A stretch of 64,000 nt of DNA from Syntrophales bacterium. GTDB taxonomy: Bacteria; Desulfobacterota; Syntrophia; Syntrophales; UBA2210. The notes beneath the pieces were generated by a model. The model ran no database searches, was not told the DNA's origin, and was given only the letters and a program-made list of their open reading frames with translations. Positions 29,827-41,286 of this stretch are shown here, in pieces (position 1 is the stretch's first letter; every line of letters begins with the position of its first letter). The DNA lies in the NCBI GenBank assembly GCA_963662405.2, contig CAXXKT010000001.1, positions 1,664,001 to 1,728,000 on the forward strand, given 5' to 3'. The position numbers and the translations under genes were made by a program.

Positions 29827-31287
29827 ATGCCTCAGACAGAAAAAACCCTGAGAAGTGATCTGTACCGGAATGTCCTGCTCCGTATCCCCGCACAAATAGT
29901 CTTTTTTATAACGTCTATTATTGTCGCGCGAATTTTAGATCCTCGAGATTTCGGGATCATGGGAATTTCCATGATCATCATAGGATATATAGATCTGTTT
30001 ACGAACTTCGGATTTATTCAGGCAATAATCCAGAAGAAAATAAGAGACGTCAGCGTACTCAATACCATATTCACCTTTAATATGGTTCTGTCCATACTGT
30101 TGGCGCTTACATTGGTCGTTTTTGCGGAGAATCTCGCCGCATTTTTTAATGCCGACGAGTCGGAGCATGTAATACAGGTCTTGTCGGTGATATTCGTTAT
30201 CACCGCATTCCAGATTATTCCCACGGCGAACCTGTTGCGAGACATGCATTTCGGAGAGCTTGCCATTGGCGAATTCATCAAAAGGTGTTCCGCGGCGTTT
30301 GTAACCCTGGTACTTGCATTAATGGGGTTTCGGTATTGGTCTCTTGTCATTGGGCAACTGAGCGCCGGGATAATTGTTGCCATATGGTTGTGCCTGAAGG
30401 CACGGTGGTTTCCATCCATAATATATCTGCATCATCAGATGAAAAAACTCTTTGACTTCGGGCTCTGGAATTTTCTGAATGCGCAACTTCTGTTTTACGC
30501 TGATAATATTGACAAGGTCTTAATGTCAAAGTATCACGGTCTGCTTATGCTTGGCTTCTATGATAAATCACAGAGTCTCTCGCGTTTCCCGATCAGTGCC
30601 TTGATGCTGAATATCAATGCGGTCATGTTTTCATCCTTCAGTAAAGATCAGGACGAGAAATTGCGCCTCCGACAGAACTTCCTGAAATCTCTCACGCTGA
30701 TTTCTGTTCTCGGATTCCCTGTTTATACAGGATTGATAGTGGTCGCTCCCTATTTTGTATATGGGTTGCTCGGTGCGAAGTGGAGCCCCATGATCGGCAG
30801 CTTTCAAATTATCTTGGGGGGATGTTTGCTCCGGACCGTTTATGGGTTGAGCTCGGAACTTAACATAGGAATCGGGAATTATAGAAGCAACGTGGTGCGA
30901 TTGTTTGTATCTGCGATTATATTCACGGCAGCCTGTTTTTTGCTTATTCAACAAGGACTTATTGGAATTTCATGTAGTTTCTTGCTATACTCTATCATCT
31001 TAACACTGTTGGGTGTGTCACTTGCAAAGAAGGGTATCGGCATTTCGTGGAGTCACTTCGCCGCGTCGGTTTTGCCGGGTCTCAAGGCGAGTCTGATAAT
31101 GGCCGGTGTTGTTATTTCTCTGTCGAGATTCTGTTGTGTTTCCTACACCGTCCTTAACTTATTCATCCTATCGCTGGCAGGAGCGGTTCTTTATTTTTTC
31201 TTGATGATGATCGAAAAAAACGAAATTGTGGTTGATATGAGGACATCCCTGATACATGACATCAGGCGGGTAACACCCTTTCGGTAA
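29827..31287 (+). CDS. wzx: Wzx-type polysaccharide flippase
   Basis: ARILDPRDFG, GF.QAIIQ, LLG.KW; 12 or more TMs. Confidence 0.88.
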   Translation: MPQTEKTLRSDLYRNVLLRIPAQIVFFITSIIVARILDPRDFGIMGISMIIIGYIDLFTNFGFIQAIIQKKIRDVSVLNTIFTFNMVLSILLALTLVVFAENLAAFFNADESEHVIQVLSVIFVITAFQIIPTANLLRDMHFGELAIGEFIKRCSAAFVTLVLALMGFRYWSLVIGQLSAGIIVAIWLCLKARWFPSIIYLHHQMKKLFDFGLWNFLNAQLLFYADNIDKVLMSKYHGLLMLGFYDKSQSLSRFPISALMLNINAVMFSSFSKDQDEKLRLRQNFLKSLTLISVLGFPVYTGLIVVAPYFVYGLLGAKWSPMIGSFQIILGGCLLRTVYGLSSELNIGIGNYRSNVVRLFVSAIIFTAACFLLIQQGLIGISCSFLLYSIILTLLGVSLAKKGIGISWSHFAASVLPGLKASLIMAGVVISLSRFCCVSYTVLNLFILSLAGAVLYFFLMMIEKNEIVVDMRTSLIHDIRRVTPFR

Positions 31288-31380
31288 GTCACTGAATCCC
31301 TGATAGTTGCTGAATCTGAATGGAAGAGATGATTCCCTTAGTAAATACTTTTAATGGACCTTTAGGGGAGTGGATACCGT

Positions 31381-32658
31381 ATGCTCACACAGGGTGAACC
31401 ATTCGTCGATGAGAGACATGGTCGTTTCTATTACCGGTGGTGGTTCTATTTCACCGTCCTGTACTTTATTGTGGATTATGTGCGACCTCAGAACACCTTT
31501 TCATGGGTCGGCTACCTCCGTCCCGGGGCCGTGACAATCACACTGCTGGTCATATTCATTGTATTCAGCCGACAAATATATCTTTCTAATACGAGACAGA
31601 CTCGATTTATCTGGGCCTTTGTCATCCTCCTGTTTATCCATGTCCCTTTTGCGGCAAACAACTACTATGCTCTCCTGGCGGCCCAAAACATGCTTAAATT
31701 CATGCCCTTTATCATGTCAGTGGTAATCCTCGTCTCCACCAGAAAACGTCTCAACCAGATGGTCGTAATTATGGTCGTAATCATGGCCTATATGAGTCTC
31801 TGGAGTATTACGCATGGAGGAAGGGGTGTGGGGGGGTGGTTTGGTGATGAAAACGACCTTGCGCTCTATATCAACGCGATGATGCCCTTTACACTGCACC
31901 TTTTTTATCATGCGCGAAGGACGCTTCTTAAAGTATTATACCTTGCTGTCTTTGGCCTTGGCGTTGGTGCCGTTATCGCTTCCTTTTCCCGGGGTGGGTT
32001 GGTGGGACTTGTTGGAATGGTCGCCGTAGGGTGGTTACTGAGCCGACATAAGATAAGAATATTACTCTTCTTATTGCTGGCCACTTTCGCATTTTTTACT
32101 TATACAAGTCAGGAATACCAGGAAGAAATGTCTACTATTACTGACACCCAGTCTGGAACGATTCATGGGCGGATCATTACATGGGAAGCGGCATGGGATA
32201 TGTTTATTGATAATCCTCTGGGAGTTGGGGGAAATAATTTTCCTGTTCGGTTTCAGGAATATCAGTCGGGGGAATTTTCCCGTGGGATGTGGGGGCGTGT
32301 CGCTCACTCCCTGTGGTTTACCTTGATACCTGAACTGGGGATCCCGGGTATCTTTCTCTATTTCATGCTCATGTGGATTAATTTTAAAGACCTCTGGTTC
32401 CTCCTGAGGTTGAGATATGAAAGTGATCCGGATCTTATGTACATACAGACCCTTTCGATTGCTTTTCTGGCATCAGCCACAGGGTTTTTTGTCTCTGCTA
32501 CGGGGCTTTCTGTTTTGTATTATCCCCACTATTGGTATTTGACGGCGCTGCTTGTTGCCATGAAAAAGATTGCCGAAACCAGGCTGGCGGTACTCGATAA
32601 AACCGGATCTGAGGATGAGAAACATTTCACACCAGAACTTATTCCCGTGGCACGGTAG
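31381..32658 (+). CDS. O-antigen ligase / Wzy-like polymerase
   Basis: GDENDLA, SFSRGG, R...W......DNPLGVG..NF, AHSLWF...ELG..G. Confidence 0.88.
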   Translation: MLTQGEPFVDERHGRFYYRWWFYFTVLYFIVDYVRPQNTFSWVGYLRPGAVTITLLVIFIVFSRQIYLSNTRQTRFIWAFVILLFIHVPFAANNYYALLAAQNMLKFMPFIMSVVILVSTRKRLNQMVVIMVVIMAYMSLWSITHGGRGVGGWFGDENDLALYINAMMPFTLHLFYHARRTLLKVLYLAVFGLGVGAVIASFSRGGLVGLVGMVAVGWLLSRHKIRILLFLLLATFAFFTYTSQEYQEEMSTITDTQSGTIHGRIITWEAAWDMFIDNPLGVGGNNFPVRFQEYQSGEFSRGMWGRVAHSLWFTLIPELGIPGIFLYFMLMWINFKDLWFLLRLRYESDPDLMYIQTLSIAFLASATGFFVSATGLSVLYYPHYWYLTALLVAMKKIAETRLAVLDKTGSEDEKHFTPELIPVAR

Positions 32659-32851
32659 GTCCTTTTTAATTTTCCTGCTACAGATATCTAAGCAATAGCC
32701 TGCCCGATTAGGGCCTGGCGCAATCAGGTCGTTGCAAAAGAACCATTTCCAGCGAAGCCAGTTTTCTGTAATGTATCTCTCCTGTTTTGGTGTAAACAGT
32801 TGAGGGTTCCCTTTCGCGGCGCTTTTTGCTGGGTTTGTATGAGACACAATA

Positions 32852-33559
32852 ATGCTAAAGCCAACAAAACAAATCATCGATTTTTTCTTCAGAAACCTTT
32901 TGAGAAACCATCTGCCCGCAGTATTTGCGGTATTAAAAACAATTTATTATGGTTATCGAAGATTAACGGGTTCCCACAGATTGAAGAAACGGTTGAATCA
33001 AAGACCGTGGAAAATCACCTTGGGGGCATCAGGGACATACGATACGGGATGGATCCCAACCGATATTTATGAGCTCAATATTACGAAAGAGTCAGATTGG
33101 AAACGATTTTTTTCTTGTAATTCGATTGATGCGATGATTGCGGAGCATGTATGGGAACACCTGTCATCTGAAGATGCGGTTTTGGCAGCGAAAAATTGCT
33201 ATAGGTATCTGAAACCTGGGTGCTGTTTGAGAGTGGCGGTCCCCGACGGATTTCATCCGGATCCGGAGTACATAAGAAACGTGAAAGTCGGTGGCATCGG
33301 CCCGGGTGCCGACGGGCATCACGTATTGTATACATACAAGACACTAACAGACGTACTCGAGTCTGTAGGATTTCGTGTGTGTGTACGGGAGTATTATGAC
33401 GAATTCGGCCGATTCCATTGTGAAGAGTGGGAGTTGGAAAGAGGGATGGTCTATCGCTCAGCGCGGCGGAGCAACGGGGGCCACATACTCCTGAATGCGT
33501 CGCTCATTATTGATGCATTCAAGATGTTTCAAGAAAAAGGAGACGCATCTTCGGAGTGA
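32852..33559 (+). CDS. SAM-dependent methyltransferase-like protein
   Basis: LGASG...GW..TD, EHVWEHL, YLKPG..LRVAVPD. Confidence 0.8.
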   Translation: MLKPTKQIIDFFFRNLLRNHLPAVFAVLKTIYYGYRRLTGSHRLKKRLNQRPWKITLGASGTYDTGWIPTDIYELNITKESDWKRFFSCNSIDAMIAEHVWEHLSSEDAVLAAKNCYRYLKPGCCLRVAVPDGFHPDPEYIRNVKVGGIGPGADGHHVLYTYKTLTDVLESVGFRVCVREYYDEFGRFHCEEWELERGMVYRSARRSNGGHILLNASLIIDAFKMFQEKGDASSE

Positions 33560-33749
33560 ATGGATCAGTGCTCGCCGAAAAAAGGTTCCGCCTTTCTCGA
33601 TAGACAGACGGGTCAGACAATGAGCATGTTTGTCTAGGAGAGATTCCGTATCTTTTGCTCGGAGGAATAAAGCATAGAAACGGTTATGAGGTACCTTTGA
33701 GTGGCAGGTTTTACTCAATGACAATTTTCAGGGCGGATACGTTCCTTGT

Positions 33750-35798
33750 TTGAAAATGGAAAAACCGTGCATGATTAGTTCAATTCAGCAATGGATGATC
33801 TTTGTGGTACCACTTGTGACGGCGATCTGCGCGAGTTTGTTGCTCATCGCCGATGCGAGAATCGTTACGGAAGTGATGATGGGGTATGCCCTCTTCATCA
33901 TCCCGGGGTATGTGTATTTCAGTGTCCGCGGAGACCGGTCCTTCCTGGCCCTGATCTACGGTGCCCCCTTGGGCGTTGCGGTAACTGGGCTGGCTGTTCT
34001 TATTATTGTGGCAAAGAAAGGGTGGCACACTCCCACGCTGGCGGCAGGGTATATCGGAGCAGTTGCTCTCCTGGCCGCGTTGGCGTATCTGTCGAAGAGG
34101 AAGGATGGAATCGGTTATTCCCCGAAGGGCGTATATGTTATACCCGTTTCCATCGGCTTGCTCGTGGCCCTGTATATCATGACGGTTATCACGATACCAT
34201 TGGCGGGTGCCGGAGCCCTCACGGATAAGGGATATGCCTTTACCGGCCTCTTCGGCCACGATTACATCCTGCGCGCGCTAACGGCAGTTGCCCTTTCGCA
34301 CGGCATCCCCCCCGACAGTTACTATTATGCGGGGATGAAGATGCATAACTACTACTTCCTCTGGTACACCCTCCCGGCATTCGTGTACAACCTCGGCGGT
34401 AAGTTGAATGATATCAGAAAGATCGTATCGGTCGTCTCGATCCTCAATATCCCCTTCTTTTTCTCCATCCTGTTCCTCAAACTTGCCGAGATGGTCACCG
34501 ATGGAAAGGCAAGTGCAGCTCTGAAGAAAAGGCGGTTCCTCCTTGCGGCATCCGTGCCCCTCTTTCTCTGCTCGTATCACTGGGTGTTTTTCTTTCTGAA
34601 GTGGCTCGCGGCCCGGGTGGACATAGCCCTTCTGAACACCCTGGCCGGGCAGATGAGCTATACGTCCCAGTCATGGACGAGGATCCTTTTGTTCGAACCC
34701 CAGTTTCCACTGGCCATCATGATGATCATTCTCGTGATGATGATCATTCGAAAGAGACCGTCATATCACCGGGGGATTGTTCTGGGGCTCCTCCTTTCGG
34801 GTCTTGCTATGACCGATCTCGTCGTCTTCCTTATCTTCGCCGCTGCGTATGCGGTTTACTGGATATCGGAGATATATCGTTCACGGGACAGGGGAGAGAT
34901 CGTCCAACTCTTCTTTATCCTCACCGTGGGGATCGCAGTCGCCCTGACGATGTACCACATCGAGATCTTTGCCGCGGAGAAATACTCAAACAGTATCGTT
35001 ATCAGGCCGGGCATCAACACGGTGCTGCTGTTTGTCCTTCTCCCCATGGAGCTGGGCTTTCTGCTCGTGTGGGGGATAATAGGGTCGGGGGCGCTGATGA
35101 AGAGACGCGAAGGGGCGCTGCTCCTTTCCATGATGGTGGCGTCCCTTCTTGCAATGGGCTTTGTGACGGAGACACTGGAGGGGAATGTCTTCCTGCGGAA
35201 GGGGCTCTACCTGCTCACGCTCCCCCTTTTCCTTTCGGCGGGATATTACCTGTATGACGCGGCGATGAAGAAGGGCATGCTGATCATGCTTGCCTGCGCG
35301 TTCGTCGCGTTGCCTACAGTGGCGACGGATATGCATGCCCTGATCGATACGGATGACGAAACCTTTACCACCTACGTGTCGGAAGAGGAGATGGACGCCG
35401 CGATGTGGATGCGGCGAAACACGCCCGAGGATGCCGTCGTCCAGTCCAAGATCGATTATCCCGGGCACTTCGATTATTCGCTTACCGTATGCTTCGGTGA
35501 GAGGAGAGCCGCCCTCGCGAACTGGAAGATAGCGTACCACCGGTATCCGAACAGGGCCGCCATCGACAGGAGGGTTGCCGAGATACGGAGAATCTTCCAG
35601 GCCGATGACAGTGACGAGCGTCTGCGGTTACTGGAGGCGCTCGGCATCGGGTATCTGTTTGTCGGCGAGAAGGAGCGCGGCAGTTTCCCCGGATGCGAAG
35701 AGAGGATCGAAGGGTCCCCCTTTATGAAGAAGGTATATGGCAACGACGACGTCAGGGTGTATCAGGTCATGAAGGCTGCCGGAGGGAGGGAAGGGTAG
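33750..35798 (+). CDS. Polytopic membrane protein, probable GT-C-fold glycosyltransferase
   Basis: Many TMs; DY...IPP..YYAG....YYF early loop; C-terminal AAMWMRRNTPEDAVV and IGYLFVG..ER soluble domain. Confidence 0.6.
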   Translation: MKMEKPCMISSIQQWMIFVVPLVTAICASLLLIADARIVTEVMMGYALFIIPGYVYFSVRGDRSFLALIYGAPLGVAVTGLAVLIIVAKKGWHTPTLAAGYIGAVALLAALAYLSKRKDGIGYSPKGVYVIPVSIGLLVALYIMTVITIPLAGAGALTDKGYAFTGLFGHDYILRALTAVALSHGIPPDSYYYAGMKMHNYYFLWYTLPAFVYNLGGKLNDIRKIVSVVSILNIPFFFSILFLKLAEMVTDGKASAALKKRRFLLAASVPLFLCSYHWVFFFLKWLAARVDIALLNTLAGQMSYTSQSWTRILLFEPQFPLAIMMIILVMMIIRKRPSYHRGIVLGLLLSGLAMTDLVVFLIFAAAYAVYWISEIYRSRDRGEIVQLFFILTVGIAVALTMYHIEIFAAEKYSNSIVIRPGINTVLLFVLLPMELGFLLVWGIIGSGALMKRREGALLLSMMVASLLAMGFVTETLEGNVFLRKGLYLLTLPLFLSAGYYLYDAAMKKGMLIMLACAFVALPTVATDMHALIDTDDETFTTYVSEEEMDAAMWMRRNTPEDAVVQSKIDYPGHFDYSLTVCFGERRAALANWKIAYHRYPNRAAIDRRVAEIRRIFQADDSDERLRLLEALGIGYLFVGEKERGSFPGCEERIEGSPFMKKVYGNDDVRVYQVMKAAGGREG

Positions 35799-35846
35799 CG
35801 TGCCGATGCTGAGGGCGATCATTGACCGGCGAAGGGGGCGCGGCAG

Positions 35847-37031
35847 ATGAGGCCGAGACATATCCTGATCCTTGGCTCCGGTGTGTATCAGGTCCCCTTG
35901 ATCCGACGGGCTGTTGAGTCCGGGTACCGGGTCACGGTTGCCTCGTATGGCGACTACCCGGGGATGAAGATCGCCCACGACGTCTGGCATGTCGATACCA
36001 CGGACAGGGAAACGCTCCTCAGCCTCGCAAAAAAGCATAAGATTGATGCCGTAACGACTACCGGTACCGATGTCGCGGTGCCGGCGATCGGTTACCTGAA
36101 CGATAGCCTCGGGTTGCCGGGGGTCGGCTTTGAGGCCGCGCTTCTCACGAGCGACAAGATCCTGATGCAGCGGCGGTTTAAGGACAGAAGGGTGCCGGCT
36201 GCCCGTTTCTTTGAATGCATGACCCTGGGCGATGCAAAGTCAGCCGTGGAAGAGATCGGTCTGCCCGTTATCATCAAAGCGCCGAACAGTTCGGGATCAC
36301 GGGGGGTGACGGTCGTAGGCTCTGAAGATCGTCTGGAAGAGGCATTCCGGTCCTCGAAAGAAATCGCTTCCGGCTCTGCCGTCCTGGTCGAAGAGCTCCT
36401 CGTCGGTGAAGAGTTCGGCGCACAGGCCGTGATTGCCGACGGGGAAATGTCTGCCTTCCTGTGCCACAACGATACGGTGACAGCCCCTCCGGTTACGGTG
36501 CCTGTCGGCCATTCGTGCCCGTCCCGGCTGCCGCGGGATCTGCAGGATGAGGCGCGGGATGTCTGCGCGGGGGCTGCCCGTGCCCTGGGAGTCACCGATG
36601 CCGTTTGCAACTGCGACCTTATTCATACTAAAAGTGGCGTGAAAATTCTTGAGATCGGCGCCCGGGTCGGGGCGACGGGGATCCCTGAAATTGTCCTCCT
36701 CCATTATGGAATTGACCTGTACAAACTGGCCCTTTCCTTTGCACTCGGTGAAAGGCCTGTGATATCATTGCTGACAGGACCGGCCTCGGCGATCAGGATC
36801 GTGGAGGCTCCGCGGACCGGCAGTCTGACCTCCTGCCGTGCTCCCGAAGAGTTTATGCGGCGCAGGGGTGTAGTTGCCGTTGAGCTGGATTATCAGGTCG
36901 GCAGTCCGGTACGCAAATTTCGTGTGGGGCCGGACAGGATCGGAAGTGTCGTGGTAACGGCTGAGGATGCCGATGCCGCTGAACGGTTTGCGGACAGCAT
37001 CATTCAGGAACTCCATATCGAGGTACAGTAA
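35847..37031 (+). CDS. ATP-grasp ligase
   Basis: ILILGSG..Q, DKILM, P.IIKAPNSSGSRGV, LVEELLVGEE, LEIGARVG. Confidence 0.88.
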   Translation: MRPRHILILGSGVYQVPLIRRAVESGYRVTVASYGDYPGMKIAHDVWHVDTTDRETLLSLAKKHKIDAVTTTGTDVAVPAIGYLNDSLGLPGVGFEAALLTSDKILMQRRFKDRRVPAARFFECMTLGDAKSAVEEIGLPVIIKAPNSSGSRGVTVVGSEDRLEEAFRSSKEIASGSAVLVEELLVGEEFGAQAVIADGEMSAFLCHNDTVTAPPVTVPVGHSCPSRLPRDLQDEARDVCAGAARALGVTDAVCNCDLIHTKSGVKILEIGARVGATGIPEIVLLHYGIDLYKLALSFALGERPVISLLTGPASAIRIVEAPRTGSLTSCRAPEEFMRRRGVVAVELDYQVGSPVRKFRVGPDRIGSVVVTAEDADAAERFADSIIQELHIEVQ

Positions 37032-38009
37032 ATGCTGATATCGATAGTCATACCAACCTACAATTCATCGGGATTCATTGGAGAGACATTTTCCGCCATC
37101 GAGCGGTATGCCGCCGGGAGTGGACATGATTTCGAGGTGGTGATTGTTGATGACGGCAGTCTGGATGGCACCTATGAAACGCTAAAAGAGCTAGCCGAAA
37201 AGAGCGCCCTTCAAATGACCATTGTGCAACTGTTCACCAACCGTGGGCAGTTCCACGCCCTTATGGCGGCTCTGGCGCATGCCTCCGGGGACTATGTCGT
37301 AACCTTCGATGATGATCTGGAATATCACCCTGATCAGATCGATCGTCTCTTGGAAAAATTCAATGCTGAACCGGGCAGATGGGATGTCGTGATCGGAGCG
37401 CCCAACTTTAGGAAAAGGAAAACATGGCGCAATATTGGTAGTTATACTGCTAATTTGATTAATACAATAATGTATAACAAACCTAGAGAATTGCGATCAG
37501 GTTGTTTCAGACTGATGACTTCAGAATTTGTGAAACGCATACTTGAATACCAAACTGCAAATCCAATGTTTGGCCCATTGATTTTTAAAGCTACTCGCAG
37601 GATTACAAATGTTTTTGTCGAGCATCATCAGGGCTTGCGCCGCTCAAATTATTCATTGTCTGGTTTGATAAATGTTTTTTACAGAAATTTTCAGAACTTT
37701 TCGGAATTTCCGTTACGGTATATCTCCAATATTGGTTTTGTCATCTCTATCCTCTCTATTAGTTTTTCATTATTTTTTATATTTCAATATATTACTGGGA
37801 TTCCGTGGCAAATCAAATCACCTGGATGGACATCTCTGATTACAAGCGTTTGTTTCTTTTCTGGATTAATACTTGCGGCTATAGGTTTTCTTGGGCAGTA
37901 CGTTTTTCGTGTGCTTGAAGAAGTGAATAAAACACCGAACTTCCAAATCAGAAATATAGTTATTTCCAGAAAAAGAACACAGGATAGCAAAACTGATTTG
38001 GATCGTTAA
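37032..38009 (+). CDS. GT2 glycosyltransferase, ArnC/GtrB type (polyprenyl-phosphate loading)
   Basis: SIVIPTYN, VDDGSLD, NRGQ..A, DDDL; two C-terminal TMs with PGWTSL and G..GQY..R. Confidence 0.88.
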   Translation: MLISIVIPTYNSSGFIGETFSAIERYAAGSGHDFEVVIVDDGSLDGTYETLKELAEKSALQMTIVQLFTNRGQFHALMAALAHASGDYVVTFDDDLEYHPDQIDRLLEKFNAEPGRWDVVIGAPNFRKRKTWRNIGSYTANLINTIMYNKPRELRSGCFRLMTSEFVKRILEYQTANPMFGPLIFKATRRITNVFVEHHQGLRRSNYSLSGLINVFYRNFQNFSEFPLRYISNIGFVISILSISFSLFFIFQYITGIPWQIKSPGWTSLITSVCFFSGLILAAIGFLGQYVFRVLEEVNKTPNFQIRNIVISRKRTQDSKTDLDR

Positions 38010-38343
38010 AAGAACATGAGTTTGTCTAAAATCAAGAAACCTCGATAATTGGGAGAATGTGTGCCGGTTGTTGATCCCATGGTAGGAATATAATTTGAAA
38101 TTATAATCATTTTTAACAGTTCCTCTGTCAGTAAAAGAAAAATAATATCAATAGCATGTTTTAAAGCATCCATCCAAAAACCAATATGCCTCTCTTTATC
38201 AGTCGAATGCTGAGCAAGACCTTCATGAAGGGATTGTTTTCTCTTAACTTTCTGATTTACGATATATTTCAAGAGCACAAATCATGTGGCTTATTATCTT
38301 ATTATTGTGAGAACTGAGAGCAGAAAAAACAAAGGGTAAAGAG

Positions 38344-39624
38344 ATGGTAAACTATTTAAGGCTCTTTAAGACTTGGCAGCGATTGAAAACATTTCAATAT
38401 AGAGACGTTAGTGAGATTAAGGAATATCAGATGGTTAGGTTTAAGTCACTGATACAACATGCATATGAAAGTGTACCTATGTATCGTGAGTTTTATGATT
38501 CACATCGCTTCAACCCTTTCTCCATTCATAGTTATCAGGATATTGAAGATGTCCCTATTATTACAAAGGATATCATTCGAAGTTTTCCGCTAGAAACAAG
38601 AGTTGATTCCCATATACGTGAACGAGATGTTTTCAAAGAATCCACCAGTGGTTCCACCGGAGAACCTTTAGAGATATGGAGTGACAGAACAGATAGCATT
38701 GTGCAATCAATGAAATGTATTCGCTTTCTTCGTGAATGGGGGTATTCAGCATTTGATCAAACAGTGCAACTCTGGAGAGATGTTCATGGTAGTAAGAAAA
38801 TGGCAATACAAAAACTTGGGTTATTTAATCGACAGTATGTTTCGTTTTTGAATGATGTGGATACGCAGATAAAAGAAATAACAAGGAGCCGCTGTGATGT
38901 TCTTTTTTCGTCACGTTCTTCACTCGAAATTCTTGCGGATGGTCTAAAGAAACGGAACTACCAAATAAAACCTCGAATCTTAGTGTCCGGTTCTGAAATG
39001 CTTACTAATGAACATCGACGGTTGTTCGAGGAGGTTTTTGGTTGTAGCACATTGGAAATTTACGGCTGTAATGAGATCGGAAATATCGCTTGGGAATGTC
39101 CTCAAATCAATGATTCTAATAACTTGCATGTTGAGATGGAGAGCGTGGTTGTGAATTTTCACAATCTAGCAACAACACCTGATAACAACAAAACAGGCTC
39201 TATAATCGTTACAAATCTTGAAAATTATACGATGCCTTTTATTCGATATGACTTAGGGGATGTAATATTGTGTCCTACGAACCTCGTATGTAATTGTGGG
39301 CGTACTCTGCCCGTTCTCGGGAAGGTTCTCGGTAGAAACGACGATGTAGTACACTATAACGGAAGAATGTTTAATTGGCATTTCTTTTACAATTATTTTA
39401 AGGATTACAAATATATAAAAAAATATAAAATTATTCAAACTAAAACTGACGATATTGAATTCCAGATTCATCTGGCATATGATACTGAAGAAAACAAGAA
39501 ACTTTGCCTCTCTGATTTGTCAACGGCATTCGGCAAATATTTTTCCCCTCTAAACGTTCGTTTTGTAGAAGGATTTCCCATATCGGCAACGGGAAAATTC
39601 AAGGTTATTGAAAAAGAAACATAG
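38344..39624 (+). CDS. Phenylacetate-CoA-ligase-like (CapK) adenylating enzyme
   Basis: HAYESVP.YR, TSGSTGEP, YGCNE, MPFIRYDLGD, CNCGR.LP, GR.DD, TGKFK. Confidence 0.88.
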   Translation: MVNYLRLFKTWQRLKTFQYRDVSEIKEYQMVRFKSLIQHAYESVPMYREFYDSHRFNPFSIHSYQDIEDVPIITKDIIRSFPLETRVDSHIRERDVFKESTSGSTGEPLEIWSDRTDSIVQSMKCIRFLREWGYSAFDQTVQLWRDVHGSKKMAIQKLGLFNRQYVSFLNDVDTQIKEITRSRCDVLFSSRSSLEILADGLKKRNYQIKPRILVSGSEMLTNEHRRLFEEVFGCSTLEIYGCNEIGNIAWECPQINDSNNLHVEMESVVVNFHNLATTPDNNKTGSIIVTNLENYTMPFIRYDLGDVILCPTNLVCNCGRTLPVLGKVLGRNDDVVHYNGRMFNWHFFYNYFKDYKYIKKYKIIQTKTDDIEFQIHLAYDTEENKKLCLSDLSTAFGKYFSPLNVRFVEGFPISATGKFKVIEKET

Positions 39625-40156
39625 TGGAGCCAAGGAATGTTTTCTTAGCGTTTCTGAGAGTTTATCTTAATAGATCATTGAGCGTTGTGAATATGTTGCT
39701 GTAAAAATGATAAGGTACTTTTACAAAGAAGTTTAGGATTGGCGAGACGCCCATACGATTGAAATTGATGTGAATAAGACATATGCTGTTAGAAAGACGA
39801 GCGTTGTTTACAGTTTTTCGGGATAAAAATATTCAAGCAGTTTTTCCTCGGGTGTCATTCCGTCAATACCTTTGTGGGGTTTGACACCATTATAGAAGTT
39901 AATAAACCTGCGTAGCTCATTCTTTCTGTGTGCCGATGATGCAAATTGGATCTTTTTATGCCACATATCCATGATAGTTTTAATAACTCGCTCAGCCTTA
40001 CCGTTAGTACGGGGAGTCTTAACTTTTGTGAAACGCTGTTCAATCCTATGCTCTCCACACAGAGTCATAAATGCGTGGTGAGAGCTGGTCGGGCAAATTT
40101 GGACAGGTGCATAAGTGGGAAAGTTGCTCTATAGTGGACGTAAGGAGGAAAGAGAT

Positions 40157-40459
40157 ATGAGCAAGAGACCGCGGAGGAACCATGCACCGTCCTTCAAGGC
40201 GAAGGTGGCATTGGAGGCACTGAAAGGGGACCAGACGATCGTTGAGCTTGCCGAGCGGTATCAGGTACACCCGAACCAGATCACCACATGGAAGAAGCAG
40301 TTGATGGATCACGCATCGGACGTATTTGGCAAGGGTCATAAGGACAACCAGGGTCCGGATGTAAAAGAACTTCACGCCAAGATCGGACAGTTATCGATGG
40401 AGAATGATTTTTTATCACATGCGCTCGGTCGCATCAACGGAACGAGCGCAAAGCGATGA
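40157..40459 (+). CDS. IS3 transposase OrfA (HTH)
   Basis: RR.H.PSFKAKVALEA...VHPNQI..WKKQL; AAGGAGG RBS; slippery T-TTT-TTA at 40408-40414. Confidence 0.92.
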   Translation: MSKRPRRNHAPSFKAKVALEALKGDQTIVELAERYQVHPNQITTWKKQLMDHASDVFGKGHKDNQGPDVKELHAKIGQLSMENDFLSHALGRINGTSAKR

Positions 40460-41286
40460 TCAAGAGAGAAAAGAGTGTGCCCATAACCCGTCAATGCGAA
40501 CTCTTGGAGCTGTCCCGATCGAGTGTTTATTACTCTCCGGTTCCGGTCAGCGCGAAGGATCTGGAGCTGATGCGTCAGATTGATGAGATTCATCTTCAGT
40601 ATCCCTTCTATGGGAGTCGGAAGATTCGCAATGAGCTGTGGCAGAGAGGGTATGATATCGGACGTGATAAGGTACGTCGGTTGATGCGTCGCATGGGGAT
40701 CGAGGCGTTGTACATCAAGCCGAGATTATCGATAAAGCATCCCCAGCACCCGATATATCCGTATCTGTTACGGGGACTTGATATCATCCGTCCCAACCAC
40801 GTATGGTCTGCCGATATCACGTATATTCCCATGGAACGAGGGTTCTGTTATCTGGTAGCCGTTATGGACTGGGCGAGTCGGATGGTCCTCTCCTGGCGGT
40901 TGTCGAATACGTTGGACAGTGCGTTTTGTGTGGATGCGCTTGAAGAAGCACTCACCACGTATGGGCGCCCGGCTATCTTCAATACCGATCAGGGCAGTCA
41001 GTTTACCTCACAGGCATTCATCGATGTCCTTCGCTCTCATGATATCTCTATCAGCATGGACGGTCAGGGGCGATGGATGGACAATGTCTTCATCGAACGG
41101 CTCTGGAAGAGCGTCAAGTACGAAGATATCTATCTGAAGGCATACGGTTCAATGAAAGAGTTGAAGAAGGGGCTTACCGACTATTTTCAGTTCTACAACG
41201 AGAAACGGTGGCACAATACTTTTGACAGAAAGACACCGGCTATGGTTTATTTTGAATCACTACCACAGGGACAGGCTGCGGCATGA
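40456..41286 (+). CDS. IS3 transposase OrfB (rve DDE), -1 frame relative to OrfA
   Basis: YGSRKI, WSADITYI, NTDQGSQFTS, DNVFIERLWKSVKYE. Confidence 0.95.
   Translation: MIKREKSVPITRQCELLELSRSSVYYSPVPVSAKDLELMRQIDEIHLQYPFYGSRKIRNELWQRGYDIGRDKVRRLMRRMGIEALYIKPRLSIKHPQHPIYPYLLRGLDIIRPNHVWSADITYIPMERGFCYLVAVMDWASRMVLSWRLSNTLDSAFCVDALEEALTTYGRPAIFNTDQGSQFTSQAFIDVLRSHDISISMDGQGRWMDNVFIERLWKSVKYEDIYLKAYGSMKELKKGLTDYFQFYNEKRWHNTFDRKTPAMVYFESLPQGQAAA

Noticed and set aside
38006..38278. 90-aa minus-strand ORF
   Set aside because: Opposes the operon, lies in AT-rich spacer and has no motifs
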